64,000 bases of DNA, taken from NCBI GenBank assembly GCA_019638275.1, contig JAHBUC010000005.1:111149-175148 (forward strand), read 5' to 3'. Positions 9,716 through 19,356 of this stretch are shown in pieces (the first letter of the stretch is position 1; every line of letters starts with the position of its first letter). Both the position numbers and the translations under genes were made by a program. The notes under the pieces are model-generated. The model searched no databases, was not told the origin of the DNA, and was given only the letters and a program-made list of their open reading frames with translations. Source of the DNA: Cyclobacteriaceae bacterium (lineage in GTDB: Bacteria; Bacteroidota; Bacteroidia; Cytophagales; Cyclobacteriaceae).

Positions 9716-10627
9716 ATGAAAAAGCCTGATTTGCTCAGAATCACGTCAATATTGATTCTGTTATTACTCGCTGGTGTTTCCACCGCACAGGAAGCAGCGC
9801 ATTATTTTGAGCAAGGAAAATCGAAAGTAAAAGCGGGAGATTTACAAGGTGCGATACAAGATTTTACCCGGTGTATTGAACTGAAGCCAGACTTTGCCGA
9901 TGCCTATCTGGGGAGAGGCGATGCCCGACTTGATGTCAACGATTTCAAAAATGCAATTGCTGATTTTTCGAAGGCTTTGGAGCTTGCGCCAGCAACACAG
10001 CAGGCATATTTACTAAGAGGACTTGCTAAGTATCATATGGAAGATATGGAGGGAGCCATTAAGGACTACAATGAAGCGATAAAATTAAATGCAGATTTTG
10101 AGGTGGCATACTATAATCGTGGATCAGCAAAAATGGATATGGCAGATTTTGACGGAGCCATTGCGGATTATTCAAAAGCCATTGAGCTACAACCACAATG
10201 GGCACAACCATACTATCATCGGGCCCGATGCCTGGAGCAGGGGAACGGAAAGAAAGAAGCAGTTAATGATTATAACAAAGCCATTGAGCTTGAACCCGAA
10301 TTTATTGAGGCTTACTTGCAACGTGGTTTAATGCTGGCTTATGAATTCGGTAAACGAACCGAGGGGTTAGCCGATCTGAACAAAGTGATTGAGCTCGCTC
10401 CTGATTATTTTGCGGGGTATTTTTATAGAGGTACACTTACTTTTACACAGTCGGATTTTGATAAAGCAATAGCGTTGGAGCCCGGGTTTGCCGAAGCTTA
10501 CCATATGCGAGGGCTAGGAAAAATTATGTTATCCGATAAAAAGGGTGGATGTGATGATCTGCTTATGGCCGTAAAGCTTGGATCTGAAGATGCGATTGAC
10601 TCTGTTAAGAAGAATAAATGCAAATAA
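9716..10627 (+). CDS. TPR-repeat protein with signal peptide
   Basis: Signal peptide followed by at least 7 tandem 34-aa repeats (A..Y..RG.....D...AI.D..KAIEL.P). Confidence 0.85.
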   Translation: MKKPDLLRITSILILLLLAGVSTAQEAAHYFEQGKSKVKAGDLQGAIQDFTRCIELKPDFADAYLGRGDARLDVNDFKNAIADFSKALELAPATQQAYLLRGLAKYHMEDMEGAIKDYNEAIKLNADFEVAYYNRGSAKMDMADFDGAIADYSKAIELQPQWAQPYYHRARCLEQGNGKKEAVNDYNKAIELEPEFIEAYLQRGLMLAYEFGKRTEGLADLNKVIELAPDYFAGYFYRGTLTFTQSDFDKAIALEPGFAEAYHMRGLGKIMLSDKKGGCDDLLMAVKLGSEDAIDSVKKNKCK

Positions 10628-10644
10628 GCTAAATCAACTACGCG

Positions 10645-11106
10645 ATGCAGGCAATTAATTGGTTACGCGAAAACAAATTTACAGTAGAATTACTTTTAGC
10701 TGCGCTTTTACTAACCGCGGCAATACTCCATTACTACCAGATTCAGGGAGGCAGAGAAGCCATTATATTGTTTGCCTACGCATTGGCCGGCTTTTATTTT
10801 TTGAGCGCTTTTTTTGTGCCCGATCAAACTATGCCTTTGCTTTTTGCTACTGTGGGAATCAAAGTGATTAACATAAGTTCAGCAGTAAGTATTGTGGGAA
10901 TTACATTCGTGCTGATCGGAGGCGAAGGCGCTTTGGAAATGCTGATGATTGGTTTGCTTTCATTAAGTGCTGCAGGTTTGTTGGTGCTGTACTTTGCTGT
11001 CACTACACGCAACAGCAGTTTGTTCATGTATTTGATTCGGGTTGTTATTTTAGGTGGTATTACCGGATATATGTTCTTAAGTTTGTACAAGCCTGAATTA
11101 CTGTGA
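10645..11106 (+). CDS. Integral membrane protein, unknown function
   Basis: 153-aa hydrophobic ORF with about 5 TM helices. Confidence 0.5.
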   Translation: MQAINWLRENKFTVELLLAALLLTAAILHYYQIQGGREAIILFAYALAGFYFLSAFFVPDQTMPLLFATVGIKVINISSAVSIVGITFVLIGGEGALEMLMIGLLSLSAAGLLVLYFAVTTRNSSLFMYLIRVVILGGITGYMFLSLYKPELL

Positions 11107-11510
11107 ACCCGGCACCGGCATTACCCGAGATACTCCACGAATTTGTTTTCACTACCTCCCGCAGCAGTGGCCCGGGCGGGCAAAATGTAAACAAGGTAAA
11201 CACAAAAGTTACCTTGAAGTGGGATGTCCTTCAATCAGCATCCATTACCGATGAACAACGCATTCTCATTCGCGAAAAACTGAAATCGTATTTTACGAAG
11301 GAGGGAGTGTTGATTTTGATGGCGCAAGACAAGCGCTCGCAACTGGCTAACAAAGAGGCCGTGATGAATAAACTTGATCGGCTGCTGAAGCAGGCCTTTG
11401 TGCGCAAGAAAGTACGGAAGGCCACCAAGCCCTCAAAAACTGCAGTGAAGAAACGACTGGAGTCAAAGAAGCAGCACGCAGAGAAAAAGCAGTGGCGGAA
11501 AAAACTTTAG
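11103..11510 (+). CDS. arfB: Alternative ribosome-rescue factor / peptidyl-tRNA hydrolase ArfB
   Basis: GGQ motif (SSGPGGQNVNKVNTKV) plus a basic C-terminal tail (KKRLESKKQHAEKKQWRKK). GTG start overlaps the upstream stop. Confidence 0.85.
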   Translation: MNPAPALPEILHEFVFTTSRSSGPGGQNVNKVNTKVTLKWDVLQSASITDEQRILIREKLKSYFTKEGVLILMAQDKRSQLANKEAVMNKLDRLLKQAFVRKKVRKATKPSKTAVKKRLESKKQHAEKKQWRKKL

Positions 11511-11511
11511 C

Positions 11512-12048
11512 CTACCAATCTCCGTTGTCTTTTCCAACAAACTGAAGCTTATCGGTAAAGGCCTGGTCGAGTAACCCGAGCATGTTGGGCTTGCACCAAT
11601 CGGGATGAAGAAGGGTACCGCTGTTTTTGGTTGAATAACTGGTAACGCTTTCCTTCTCGGTGATGATTTTGTACCCGATGTTTCCGGTCATTTGCAGACC
11701 GCGAACCGTTACCCGGTAGCGCCCATCCCGAACATCTACGGTAACCTTACCGCTATATTTACCAGTTTGAATGATGGGCGGAGTTCCCACCTGGCTGAAC
11801 TGAAATTTCTTATAGTCTACAACAACATCATTCATATCGAATGAGATGCCTGTTTCCGTAGGCTTTATGTTGGAGATGTAATCCTGCTTCTGGTAGTATT
11901 CCGAAAGCTTCAGCGCGGTAATGCCTTCTTCGGTGAATACTTTTTGGTAGATGATTTCCTGATCTTCCACCTTAAAATTCCCAAACGTGGTTGGTTGTGC
12001 ATGCGCGAAAGTGGCAGTCAGAATAAGAATTGCGATAAGTGTTCTCAT
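11512..12048 (-). CDS. Secreted hypothetical protein
   Basis: Signal peptide MRTLIAILILTATFAHAQ; 178 aa; no catalytic motif recognised. Confidence 0.6.
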   Translation of the reverse strand: MRTLIAILILTATFAHAQPTTFGNFKVEDQEIIYQKVFTEEGITALKLSEYYQKQDYISNIKPTETGISFDMNDVVVDYKKFQFSQVGTPPIIQTGKYSGKVTVDVRDGRYRVTVRGLQMTGNIGYKIITEKESVTSYSTKNSGTLLHPDWCKPNMLGLLDQAFTDKLQFVGKDNGDW

Positions 12049-12262
12049 GGTCTAAAAGTACAAAGGGATGCCCGCCAATCAAAAAGTGGCATTTAAGGCG
12101 ATTTGCGTTTATTTTATCTCATCCAACGCAATAAATGGTAAATGCTATATACCTGTTAACGAACCTATTAACGCTTCATCGCCATTAGGGGGCATTGGCT
12201 GGTATTTCGGGTCGTTTATCCGTGTTTTTGGGTAAGTATGTAACCTGGAAAAACGGCCCCTT

Positions 12263-14017
12263 ATGAAAATACACCTAACCCGTTCGGTCGACTTCAATAT
12301 TCTTTTGGTCGCCCTGTTTTACTATTTGTCAGCCGAAGTTGGCTTTTTGCTCTCATTTGAGAGTATTCAGGCATTACCCTTTTGGCCCCCTGCAGGTATA
12401 GCGTTGGCTATGGTTATTCTGCTGGGCAGAAAAGTGTGGCCCGGTATTGCCATTGGTTCGCTGGTTATTATTGTAAAGAGCTATTGGTTTGGGGCAATAT
12501 ACTCTGTGCAGGTATTGATGGCCGTATCGGTATTGATCGCCACAACGGCAGTGGTTGAAGCGTTGGCCGGAGAGTTTTTATTTAAACGCCTGGTGAAGAG
12601 TGTTTATCCGTTTGCGAAAGCGGTTCATGCATTTCAGTTTCTACTTATCGCCTTGTTAATTTCGTGGATCAGTACAGGCGGAACTGTACTGGCTCTTGGA
12701 TTATCCAATGTACTGGCTTCACAGGATTGGGTGAACGCATTGTTTGCCTTGTGGATGCGCAATGTGGTGGGCATTTTACTTTTTAGCCCTGTGCTGCTGG
12801 CCATACCGGGCATTCAATTCAAACCTACATTAATCAAAACAGGAGAGATTGCTTTGTTTGTATTGTGTTGTGCGGGCGTATTCTTTTTGTTCCAACTCAA
12901 AGCATTACAGTACGTGGCACCGTTTGCCCTGGCTTTCGTGGCGATTCCGTTTCTGTTATGGCTATCATTTCGGTTTAAAGGGTTGGTGGCCATCAGTGGT
13001 TATGTGATTGCTTCACTTGTGGCTATATATGCGACAAGTAAGCAAGCCGGACCGTTCTACCTGACTGACCTGGCTGGTGACTCCATCATTCTGTTACAGG
13101 TTTATGTTGTCGTGATTTCTGTTTCGGCATTGGTGCTTTCTGCTGCAGTGCATGAGCGAAAGCAGGCACAGCAAGCGCTGAAAAAGTTAAGTGAAAATTT
13201 GGAGGCGATGGTGCAGCACCGAACAAAAGAACTGGAAGAAGAAATTCAACACCGCAAAGAAGCTCAAAACAAACTACAGGTTACCAACGATGAACTTGTG
13301 AAGCGTAATACGGAACTGGATAATTTTGTGTACAGTGTTTCGCATGATCTACGCGCACCCATTGCCTCTATTCTGGGGTTAATCAACCTGGCCAAGAGTG
13401 ATCGCAGTTCAAACCTGAAGGACATCTACCTCGACATGATGGAGAAGAGCGCACGCCAGCAGGATTATTTTATTCGCGAAATTTTGGATCAATCGCGTAA
13501 CGCGCGATTAGAAGTGAAACGTGAACCTGTTCAATTCCAAACGTTGATTGAAGAAGCATTTGAACAAGTGGACTATTCTAACCTGAACGGAAAACGGGTT
13601 GAGAAAGTGATTAAAGTAGATCAGGATGAGCCTTTCTATTGCGACAAATGGCGGTTGAAAGTTATTCTGAACAATGTAATCTCAAATGCCATCCGATATA
13701 AGAACGGTAAAGATCCGGTGGTGCAGGTGAATGCCCGTATTGATCGCAATCGCGTAAAGCTGAGTGTTCAGGATAATGGCAAAGGCATTGAGAAGAAGCA
13801 TCTTTCACATTTAGGAAAAATGTTTTACCGTGCTACTGATGAAGGAGCCGGTAGTGGCCTTGGCCTTTACATAGTAAAAGAAACGCTGGAAAAACTTCAG
13901 GGTTCCATGGCCATTGAATCGGAAGAAGGCCACGGCACCACAGTAAAGTTTGAAATTCCTGAAGTTGGAAATCAGGTTGAGAGTTTGGCAAAGACCGTTC
14001 CGGCAATGAACGCCTGA
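12263..14017 (+). CDS. Sensor histidine kinase with a large polytopic membrane N-terminal domain (MASE1-like)
   Basis: About 300 aa of TM helices, a coiled coil, H-box VYSVSHDLRAPI, N box NNVISNAIRY, G boxes QDNGKGI and GSGLGLYIV. Confidence 0.8.
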   Translation: MKIHLTRSVDFNILLVALFYYLSAEVGFLLSFESIQALPFWPPAGIALAMVILLGRKVWPGIAIGSLVIIVKSYWFGAIYSVQVLMAVSVLIATTAVVEALAGEFLFKRLVKSVYPFAKAVHAFQFLLIALLISWISTGGTVLALGLSNVLASQDWVNALFALWMRNVVGILLFSPVLLAIPGIQFKPTLIKTGEIALFVLCCAGVFFLFQLKALQYVAPFALAFVAIPFLLWLSFRFKGLVAISGYVIASLVAIYATSKQAGPFYLTDLAGDSIILLQVYVVVISVSALVLSAAVHERKQAQQALKKLSENLEAMVQHRTKELEEEIQHRKEAQNKLQVTNDELVKRNTELDNFVYSVSHDLRAPIASILGLINLAKSDRSSNLKDIYLDMMEKSARQQDYFIREILDQSRNARLEVKREPVQFQTLIEEAFEQVDYSNLNGKRVEKVIKVDQDEPFYCDKWRLKVILNNVISNAIRYKNGKDPVVQVNARIDRNRVKLSVQDNGKGIEKKHLSHLGKMFYRATDEGAGSGLGLYIVKETLEKLQGSMAIESEEGHGTTVKFEIPEVGNQVESLAKTVPAMNA

Positions 14018-14403
14018 ATGATACCATACACCAACCAGGTAGAAATCATAAACAGGGAAATATCGATGGCGCTGAAGGTAAGCCAGAGCACGGGCAACAT
14101 GGCCACTACGCCATACACAATAGCTACTTCAAGTGCGCGAAGCCATGCGCTCCCGGTGAATAAATCTTTATAGCGTTCCCAAAACCATTTCAACGCTGCA
14201 CTCAGCACAAAGGGGTGTGCATAAAATAACCAATCGGTTTCAAACGAGGAAGCGCGGAACACCGCGTTGTAGTACTCTTCCATCAGGTTGGGAAAAAAGA
14301 AAATGGCGATGTACAGCATACCCATGCTCACAATCAGCACCAGGAAGCCAGCCAACAGAATGGCGGTGATATTTTTTTTCATGGCCGTATTTGTTTGTTG
14401 CAC
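13972..14403 (-). CDS. Integral membrane protein, unknown function
   Basis: 143-aa ORF with about 4 TM helices. Its 3' end overlaps the convergent kinase gene by 46 nt. Confidence 0.5.
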   Translation of the reverse strand: MQQTNTAMKKNITAILLAGFLVLIVSMGMLYIAIFFFPNLMEEYYNAVFRASSFETDWLFYAHPFVLSAALKWFWERYKDLFTGSAWLRALEVAIVYGVVAMLPVLWLTFSAIDISLFMISTWLVYGIIQAFIAGTVFAKLST

Positions 14404-14597
14404 TAAACTAATACGATTATCCCAACGGTTAGCTGACGATTGTCAGGCAACCGGGTTGAGGTTGGTCAATTAGGATGTTGGCCAGTTGTACGATTTTTTT
14501 GTACATTCATTAACGCAAGGAATTCGCCCAGTGCTGAAAAGTTCATTTTTGGGCTGTATTCCAAATAAAACGAACCTAAACCAAAACTGTTGAGTCT

Positions 14598-15065
14598 ATG
14601 AATTTTAAGCCGGTAATGAAATCAAAAGAAGAACTTGAGGCTGGTCAGCCAAAATATGAGTCGGTAACGAAGTATATGGTAGGCGCTGGCAACCTGATTA
14701 CATTCAGCCCCGACCAAACCATTCAGGAAGTAATCGATATCATCATCAATAAAGGAATATCCGGGGCGCCCGTATTGGATAAAGACCGCAAACTGGTAGG
14801 CATTATTTCAGAAAAAGACTGCCTGCGTATTATTGTTGATCAGGCGTATCACAACCTGCCTGCATCCGACCGTAAGGTTTCGGATTATATGACCGCCAAA
14901 GTAAAGACTCTTTCTTCTAACAGCGATGTGGTGGAAGCAGCCAATGAATTTTTAAATAGTCCGGTAAGGCGGTTGCCCATTTTGGAAAACGGAGTGTTGA
15001 TTGGCCAGGTGAGTAGAAGGGATATTTTAAAGGCAGCTAAGAATATTAATCAGACGACCTGGTAG
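14598..15065 (+). CDS. CBS-domain pair protein
   Basis: Two CBS repeats (ISGAPVLDKDRKLVGIISEKD; RRLPILENGVLIGQVSRRD). Confidence 0.85.
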   Translation: MNFKPVMKSKEELEAGQPKYESVTKYMVGAGNLITFSPDQTIQEVIDIIINKGISGAPVLDKDRKLVGIISEKDCLRIIVDQAYHNLPASDRKVSDYMTAKVKTLSSNSDVVEAANEFLNSPVRRLPILENGVLIGQVSRRDILKAAKNINQTTW

Positions 15066-15432
15066 GACTAATATTTTTCATCATTGCCCCGAAGGTCCAA
15101 AGGATTCCTGTGGAGGATGCCTTTGGCACGAGGAGCGATAACCAAATTTTATCGATTATACGAATCTATAGCGTGACGCCCGCCTGACCGGCAGCAATCC
15201 CATACTATATTATTTAGACTAAATGTGAAGTTTGGGATTGCTTCACGCTTTACACACATGTCCGCGCTTCCGTTCGTAATGACGAAATAAAAATTCGCGT
15301 CATTGCGAGGAACATTGATGATACTTAATCATTCACACGAAATTGTTTTGTGACGAAGCAATCCCAAATTAGACAGCAGAAACTAAACATAAAGTTTGAG
15401 ATTGCATGCCGACAGTCGGGTTAAAGGATGTG
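15066..15432. repeat. REP-like intergenic hairpin cluster
   Basis: Two copies of GCAATCCCA-N30-AAGTTTG(G/A)GATTGC at 15194-15241 and 15358-15405, plus the inverted pair cgtaatgacg / cgtcattgcg. Confidence 0.6.
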
Positions 15433-16260
15433 TTACTGAATCCTCCCAATCGCTTGCATATACTTCTCCTTTACCATTTTTCTCAGCCGTGTGGGCATGA
15501 GGCGTTTGAAGAGCCAGAGTTTGCGGGCCATCTTGGGTAGAACAATATAGAGTTCGCGTTTTCCGGTACGCTCCAGAATTTCTTTCGCTACGGCATCGGC
15601 TTGCAGGTTTGACTTTTTGATAAAGACCTGTGTGATCTTTTTTATACGATCACCGCCCCGTACGCTTTCAGCAATGTTGGTTTGAAAGTAGGAGGGCATC
15701 GCACAGGAAACTCCAATGTTATCATCCATCAGTTCGCCATACAAGGTTTCACTGATGGCCACGACCGCAGCTTTGGTCATGTTATAAGCGCCCATTTGCG
15801 GAGCACAACTTACTGCTGCGAGGCTTGCAATGTTTAAAATGTGCCCCGACTGTTGCTTTTTAAATGTGGGTATAAACAAATGACATCCGTACACCACACT
15901 CATCTGGTTAATGCGCACCATCCACTCCCAATTCTCCAGGGGATATTCTTCAAAGTTTCCGCCATCGCCCACACCTGCATTGTTCACGAGTAAATCAATT
16001 CCATCGGTTTGCTTCAGAAATTCAGCTGCTACTTGTTTGTATGCTTCTTTATCGGAAACATCCAGTTGAAATGAAATTGGTTTTCCGCCTGCTTGTTCAA
16101 CTTCATTATATGTATGTTGTAAGGCTTCAGTATTCACATCACTGATTCCGATGGTCCAGCCATCTTTCGCTAAGTGCAGACTCAATGCTTTGCCAAGTCC
16201 GGAAGCGGCCCCGGTGATGAAGGCGCGTTTGTGGGGGAAGTGTTGGGTTAGTGCAAACAT
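15433..16260 (-). CDS. Short-chain dehydrogenase/reductase
   Basis: TGAASGLGKA, NNAG, YNMTK motifs. The start is set at MFALTQ (ATG 16260-16258) because the 16 extra codons in the ORF track run into a repeat (PVTGNRKPETGN). Confidence 0.85.
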   Translation of the reverse strand: MFALTQHFPHKRAFITGAASGLGKALSLHLAKDGWTIGISDVNTEALQHTYNEVEQAGGKPISFQLDVSDKEAYKQVAAEFLKQTDGIDLLVNNAGVGDGGNFEEYPLENWEWMVRINQMSVVYGCHLFIPTFKKQQSGHILNIASLAAVSCAPQMGAYNMTKAAVVAISETLYGELMDDNIGVSCAMPSYFQTNIAESVRGGDRIKKITQVFIKKSNLQADAVAKEILERTGKRELYIVLPKMARKLWLFKRLMPTRLRKMVKEKYMQAIGRIQ

Positions 16261-16326
16261 AATTCTTTTGTTTCCGGTCTCCGGTTTCCTGTTGCCGGTG
16301 ACTGGCAACTAGTAACCGGCAACGAT

Positions 16327-17391
16327 TTATAATTTCTGAGTATCCAACGACTCCACACCTTGTTTCGCCAGTGCCTTGATCACGTGTATCAATCCGCCAA
16401 AGCGTGGGTCTTTAGAGAAGCCTTGTTTCCAACGCGCGTAAATTTGTTGGGCGATCACTGCATTCTTGAACAACCCGAATAAATAATAAAAATGAATGCC
16501 CGATACATCACGCCCGCTTTTTTCTGAATAACGATTTGCTATTTGCTGTCGGGTTAAATTTCCAGGCAGAGCTGTGAGGTTAAAACTTTGCAACACCGGG
16601 TTGTCGCCTGCTTCACTCCAGTATGCCAGGCTTGCGCCAAGGTCCATTAATGGATCGCCCACGGTTGCCATCTCCCAATCGAGTACACCAATGATGTTGC
16701 CCAGGTTATCCGGGTCAAGGATAACATTATCATATTTGAAATCATTGTGCAGGAATGTCGGCTGTTGTGGTGCGGGTTGTTGCTGCTTCAGCCACTCAGC
16801 CAATTGATTCATCTGTTCAAGTGAATCGGTTTCTGCTGCGTAGTAACGCTTGATCCAACCCTCCACCTGGCGTTGCACATAACCTTCCGGTTTGCCGAGT
16901 TGATCCAACCCGGTTTTAACAATATCGATGCTGTGCAACTCAACCAATGTATCCACCAACGCTTCCGAAATGGATTTGAAAAGTTCAGGCGATAGTTTCA
17001 GTTGCTGTGCATGACTCGCCCGCAGGATTACGCCCTGCAACCGCTGCATGATGTAGAACGGTGCGCCAATCACGGTTTCATCTTCACCATAAATGATGGG
17101 CGATGGAATTTTATTGAAATGTGGTTTCAATCGCGTGAGCACCATGAACTCACGACCCATGTCGTGGGCGGATTTGATGTTAGCCCCAATGGGCGGCCTG
17201 CGCAAAATGTATTCCTGATTTGCTGTTTTTAAACAGAACGTAAGGTTCGAATAGCCACTCGGAAATTGTTCAATGGACAGCACCTCACCGAAATGCGGTG
17301 CAACTGATTGCAACCACGCATTGAGTTTTTGAACATCCGGAACTTCATGCTGACGGGCTTCAACGGGTTGATCGGGCTTCACGTGTTCCAT
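16327..17391 (-). CDS. APH-family phosphotransferase (kinase-fold)
   Basis: Catalytic loop LHNDFKYDNVIL and DWEMATVGDP, typical of aminoglycoside/choline-kinase-fold enzymes. Confidence 0.85.
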   Translation of the reverse strand: MEHVKPDQPVEARQHEVPDVQKLNAWLQSVAPHFGEVLSIEQFPSGYSNLTFCLKTANQEYILRRPPIGANIKSAHDMGREFMVLTRLKPHFNKIPSPIIYGEDETVIGAPFYIMQRLQGVILRASHAQQLKLSPELFKSISEALVDTLVELHSIDIVKTGLDQLGKPEGYVQRQVEGWIKRYYAAETDSLEQMNQLAEWLKQQQPAPQQPTFLHNDFKYDNVILDPDNLGNIIGVLDWEMATVGDPLMDLGASLAYWSEAGDNPVLQSFNLTALPGNLTRQQIANRYSEKSGRDVSGIHFYYLFGLFKNAVIAQQIYARWKQGFSKDPRFGGLIHVIKALAKQGVESLDTQKL

Positions 17392-18593
17392 CAGAATTTC
17401 AATCCGTATTGTTTTAAGATATGTTTTGCGAGTGCCGATTTGTGCACTTCATCGGGGCCATCGTAAATGCGGGCAGCACGCTCGTGCCGGTACCAGAAAG
17501 ACAGTAGCGTATCATCGGTGATGCCCAGTGCACCGTGCACTTGTATGGCTTTGTCGAGTACGTTCATCAATACATTCGCGACAAAAAATTTGATGGTGGA
17601 AATTTCTTCTTTCACCGCTTTGGCACCCTGTGCTTCCATGGCGTGTGCGGTGTGCAAAACCATCAATCGTGCTGCGGTTATGTTGGCGCGGCATTCGGCA
17701 ATCCAGTGTTGAATGACCTGTTGATGGCCGAGCATGTTGTGTTCGGTAAGTTCACGTGTGGCGGCACGCTTGCATAGTAAATCGAATGCACGTTCGCAGA
17801 TGCCGATCCACCGCATGCAGTGGTGAATGCGACCTGGCCCCAGACGCGCCTGCGCCAAGGCAAAGCCTTTTCCTTCTTCACCCACACGGTTAGTGATGGG
17901 CACAATGCAGTTGGTGAATTTCAACTCCGCATGACTGAAGTAATCTTCTCCGACATCACCCATGACCGGAATGTTGCGCACGAGTTCAACGCCTTCATGT
18001 GGCAGCGGCACGATGATCATGCTGGCTCGTTCGTAAGGATTTTTGGATGATGCATCGGTTACCGCCATCACTACAGTAAACGCAGCACCATCGGCACTGG
18101 AGGTAAACCACTTGTGCCCGTTGATGACATAGTTGTTGCCTTGCTTTACAGCAGTGGTTCCTAAATGCACCGGGTTTGATCCAGCAAATTCAGGCTCCGT
18201 CATGGCAAAGCACGAACGGATGTCGCCTTGCATCAAGGGTTTCAAATATTTTTCTTTTAGTTCTAGCGAAGCAAATTCATGCAGCAACTCCATGTTGCCA
18301 ATGTCGGGAGCCTGGCAGTTGAAGGTGTAATGCCCAAGTGGCGAAGTGCCCAGCAGTTCACTCACTTGTGCAAACTCTACCAACGTGAGGCCAACGCCTC
18401 CATCAGCTTTAGTCAAATGCGGATTGAGCAACCCGTTTGCTTTAGCTTTCGCGCGTAGTGCCTGCAACTTCGGCAACGACTGCCGGAACGGTTTGTTCAA
18501 CACATCCAGTTCGATGGGGTAGAGGTGTTCTTCCAGAAACTGTTTGTATTGTGGTAAAAGTTGAGTGGTTTTATCGGTTTGGAAAAAGTGCAT
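17391..18593 (-). CDS. Acyl-CoA dehydrogenase
   Basis: ACAD-like sequence throughout (CFAMTEPEFAGSNP, GHKWFTS, IYDGPDEVH). The start is set at MHFFQTDK (ATG 18593-18591). The 119-codon N-terminal extension in the track runs through REP sequence. Confidence 0.9.
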   Translation of the reverse strand: MHFFQTDKTTQLLPQYKQFLEEHLYPIELDVLNKPFRQSLPKLQALRAKAKANGLLNPHLTKADGGVGLTLVEFAQVSELLGTSPLGHYTFNCQAPDIGNMELLHEFASLELKEKYLKPLMQGDIRSCFAMTEPEFAGSNPVHLGTTAVKQGNNYVINGHKWFTSSADGAAFTVVMAVTDASSKNPYERASMIIVPLPHEGVELVRNIPVMGDVGEDYFSHAELKFTNCIVPITNRVGEEGKGFALAQARLGPGRIHHCMRWIGICERAFDLLCKRAATRELTEHNMLGHQQVIQHWIAECRANITAARLMVLHTAHAMEAQGAKAVKEEISTIKFFVANVLMNVLDKAIQVHGALGITDDTLLSFWYRHERAARIYDGPDEVHKSALAKHILKQYGLKF

Positions 18594-18865
18594 GTGTTTG
18601 TATTGAGATGGAAAAGATAGTGATTTTGTGGGTAACCCCCGCGCACGCCCCCTTACCCCCGAAGGGGGGACTGCCCTCGCGCTGTATTTTGTAAAAACAG
18701 ACGCTGTGAAAACCTTTGTGTGTTCTGTGGTTAAAAATGTAAACTGCGGAGCACACAGAGAAAGCGCAGCGATTATGAAAAGGATCGTCATGCTACGTTT
18801 CTCCGAGCAAGCGTAGCATGACGAGTAAATTTTGCTCCTACTCCTAAAATCCCGATCTTCATCCC
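18594..18865. repeat. REP-like intergenic hairpins
   Basis: ccccttacccccgaagggggga hairpin and the inverted pair gtcatgctacg...cgtagcatgac. Confidence 0.6.
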
Positions 18866-19255
18866 ATGAACCGTAAAACCTTTCTGACCACTGCCTCGCT
18901 GCTTGGCGTAAGTGCTGTAGCTGCGCCATTAACACTTGTGCAAAAATCAAAACTGTTGCACCAGGTGTACTTCTGGCTCAAGAACCCGGAATCGAAAGCC
19001 GATCGGGAAAAACTTATTGCCGGCATTCGTTCCTTGCGTGCCATTGAAACTGTGCGCGACCTGCACATTGGTGTTCCGGCATCCACTGAAAAGCGTGAGG
19101 TAGTCGATAATAGTTTCAGTGTTTCTGAACTCATTCTCTTTGATGATGTAGAAGGACAGAATATCTACCAGGACCACCCCATCCACCAGAAGTTCGTGGC
19201 CGAGTGTTCATCCTTATGGACAAAAGTAGTGGTGTACGATTCCACGGTAGTGTAA
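18866..19255 (+). CDS. Dabb (stress-responsive alpha/beta-barrel) domain protein with a Tat-like signal
   Basis: MNRKTFLTTASLLGVSAVAAP leader followed by a Dabb-like body (HQVYFWLK...DHPIHQKF). Confidence 0.75.
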   Translation: MNRKTFLTTASLLGVSAVAAPLTLVQKSKLLHQVYFWLKNPESKADREKLIAGIRSLRAIETVRDLHIGVPASTEKREVVDNSFSVSELILFDDVEGQNIYQDHPIHQKFVAECSSLWTKVVVYDSTVV

Positions 19256-19356
19256 CCATCCATCAATTCGCCTGTTTCGTCCAGTCATATAATTTCAGCA
19301 GCACAAAAAAAATACTTTTTCATTATTTTGTAGCTTAGGAATTATACGGGTAAGAC

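Noticed and set aside
13972-14017. The 46-nt convergent overlap between the MASE1-like kinase gene and the 143-aa membrane gene, considered as a possible antisense regulatory arrangement.
   Set aside because: Short 3' overlaps of convergent genes are common. It could also simply reflect uncertainty over whether the small membrane ORF is real. Nothing in the sequence supports a specific mechanism.
16261-16308. The extra N-terminal 16 codons (MPVTGNRKPETGNKRI) on the SDR ORF.
   Set aside because: They are encoded by a ccggt/accgg-type repeat. The Rossmann motif follows shortly after the internal Met at 16260.
17391-18950. The 519-aa version of the acyl-CoA dehydrogenase ORF, with a 119-codon N-terminal extension.
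   Set aside because: The extension (18594-18950) reads through REP-like hairpins (for example PPSGVRGRARG from ccccgaagggggg) and has no ACAD similarity. The ACAD-like sequence starts at MHFFQTDK (18593), so the shorter start was used.
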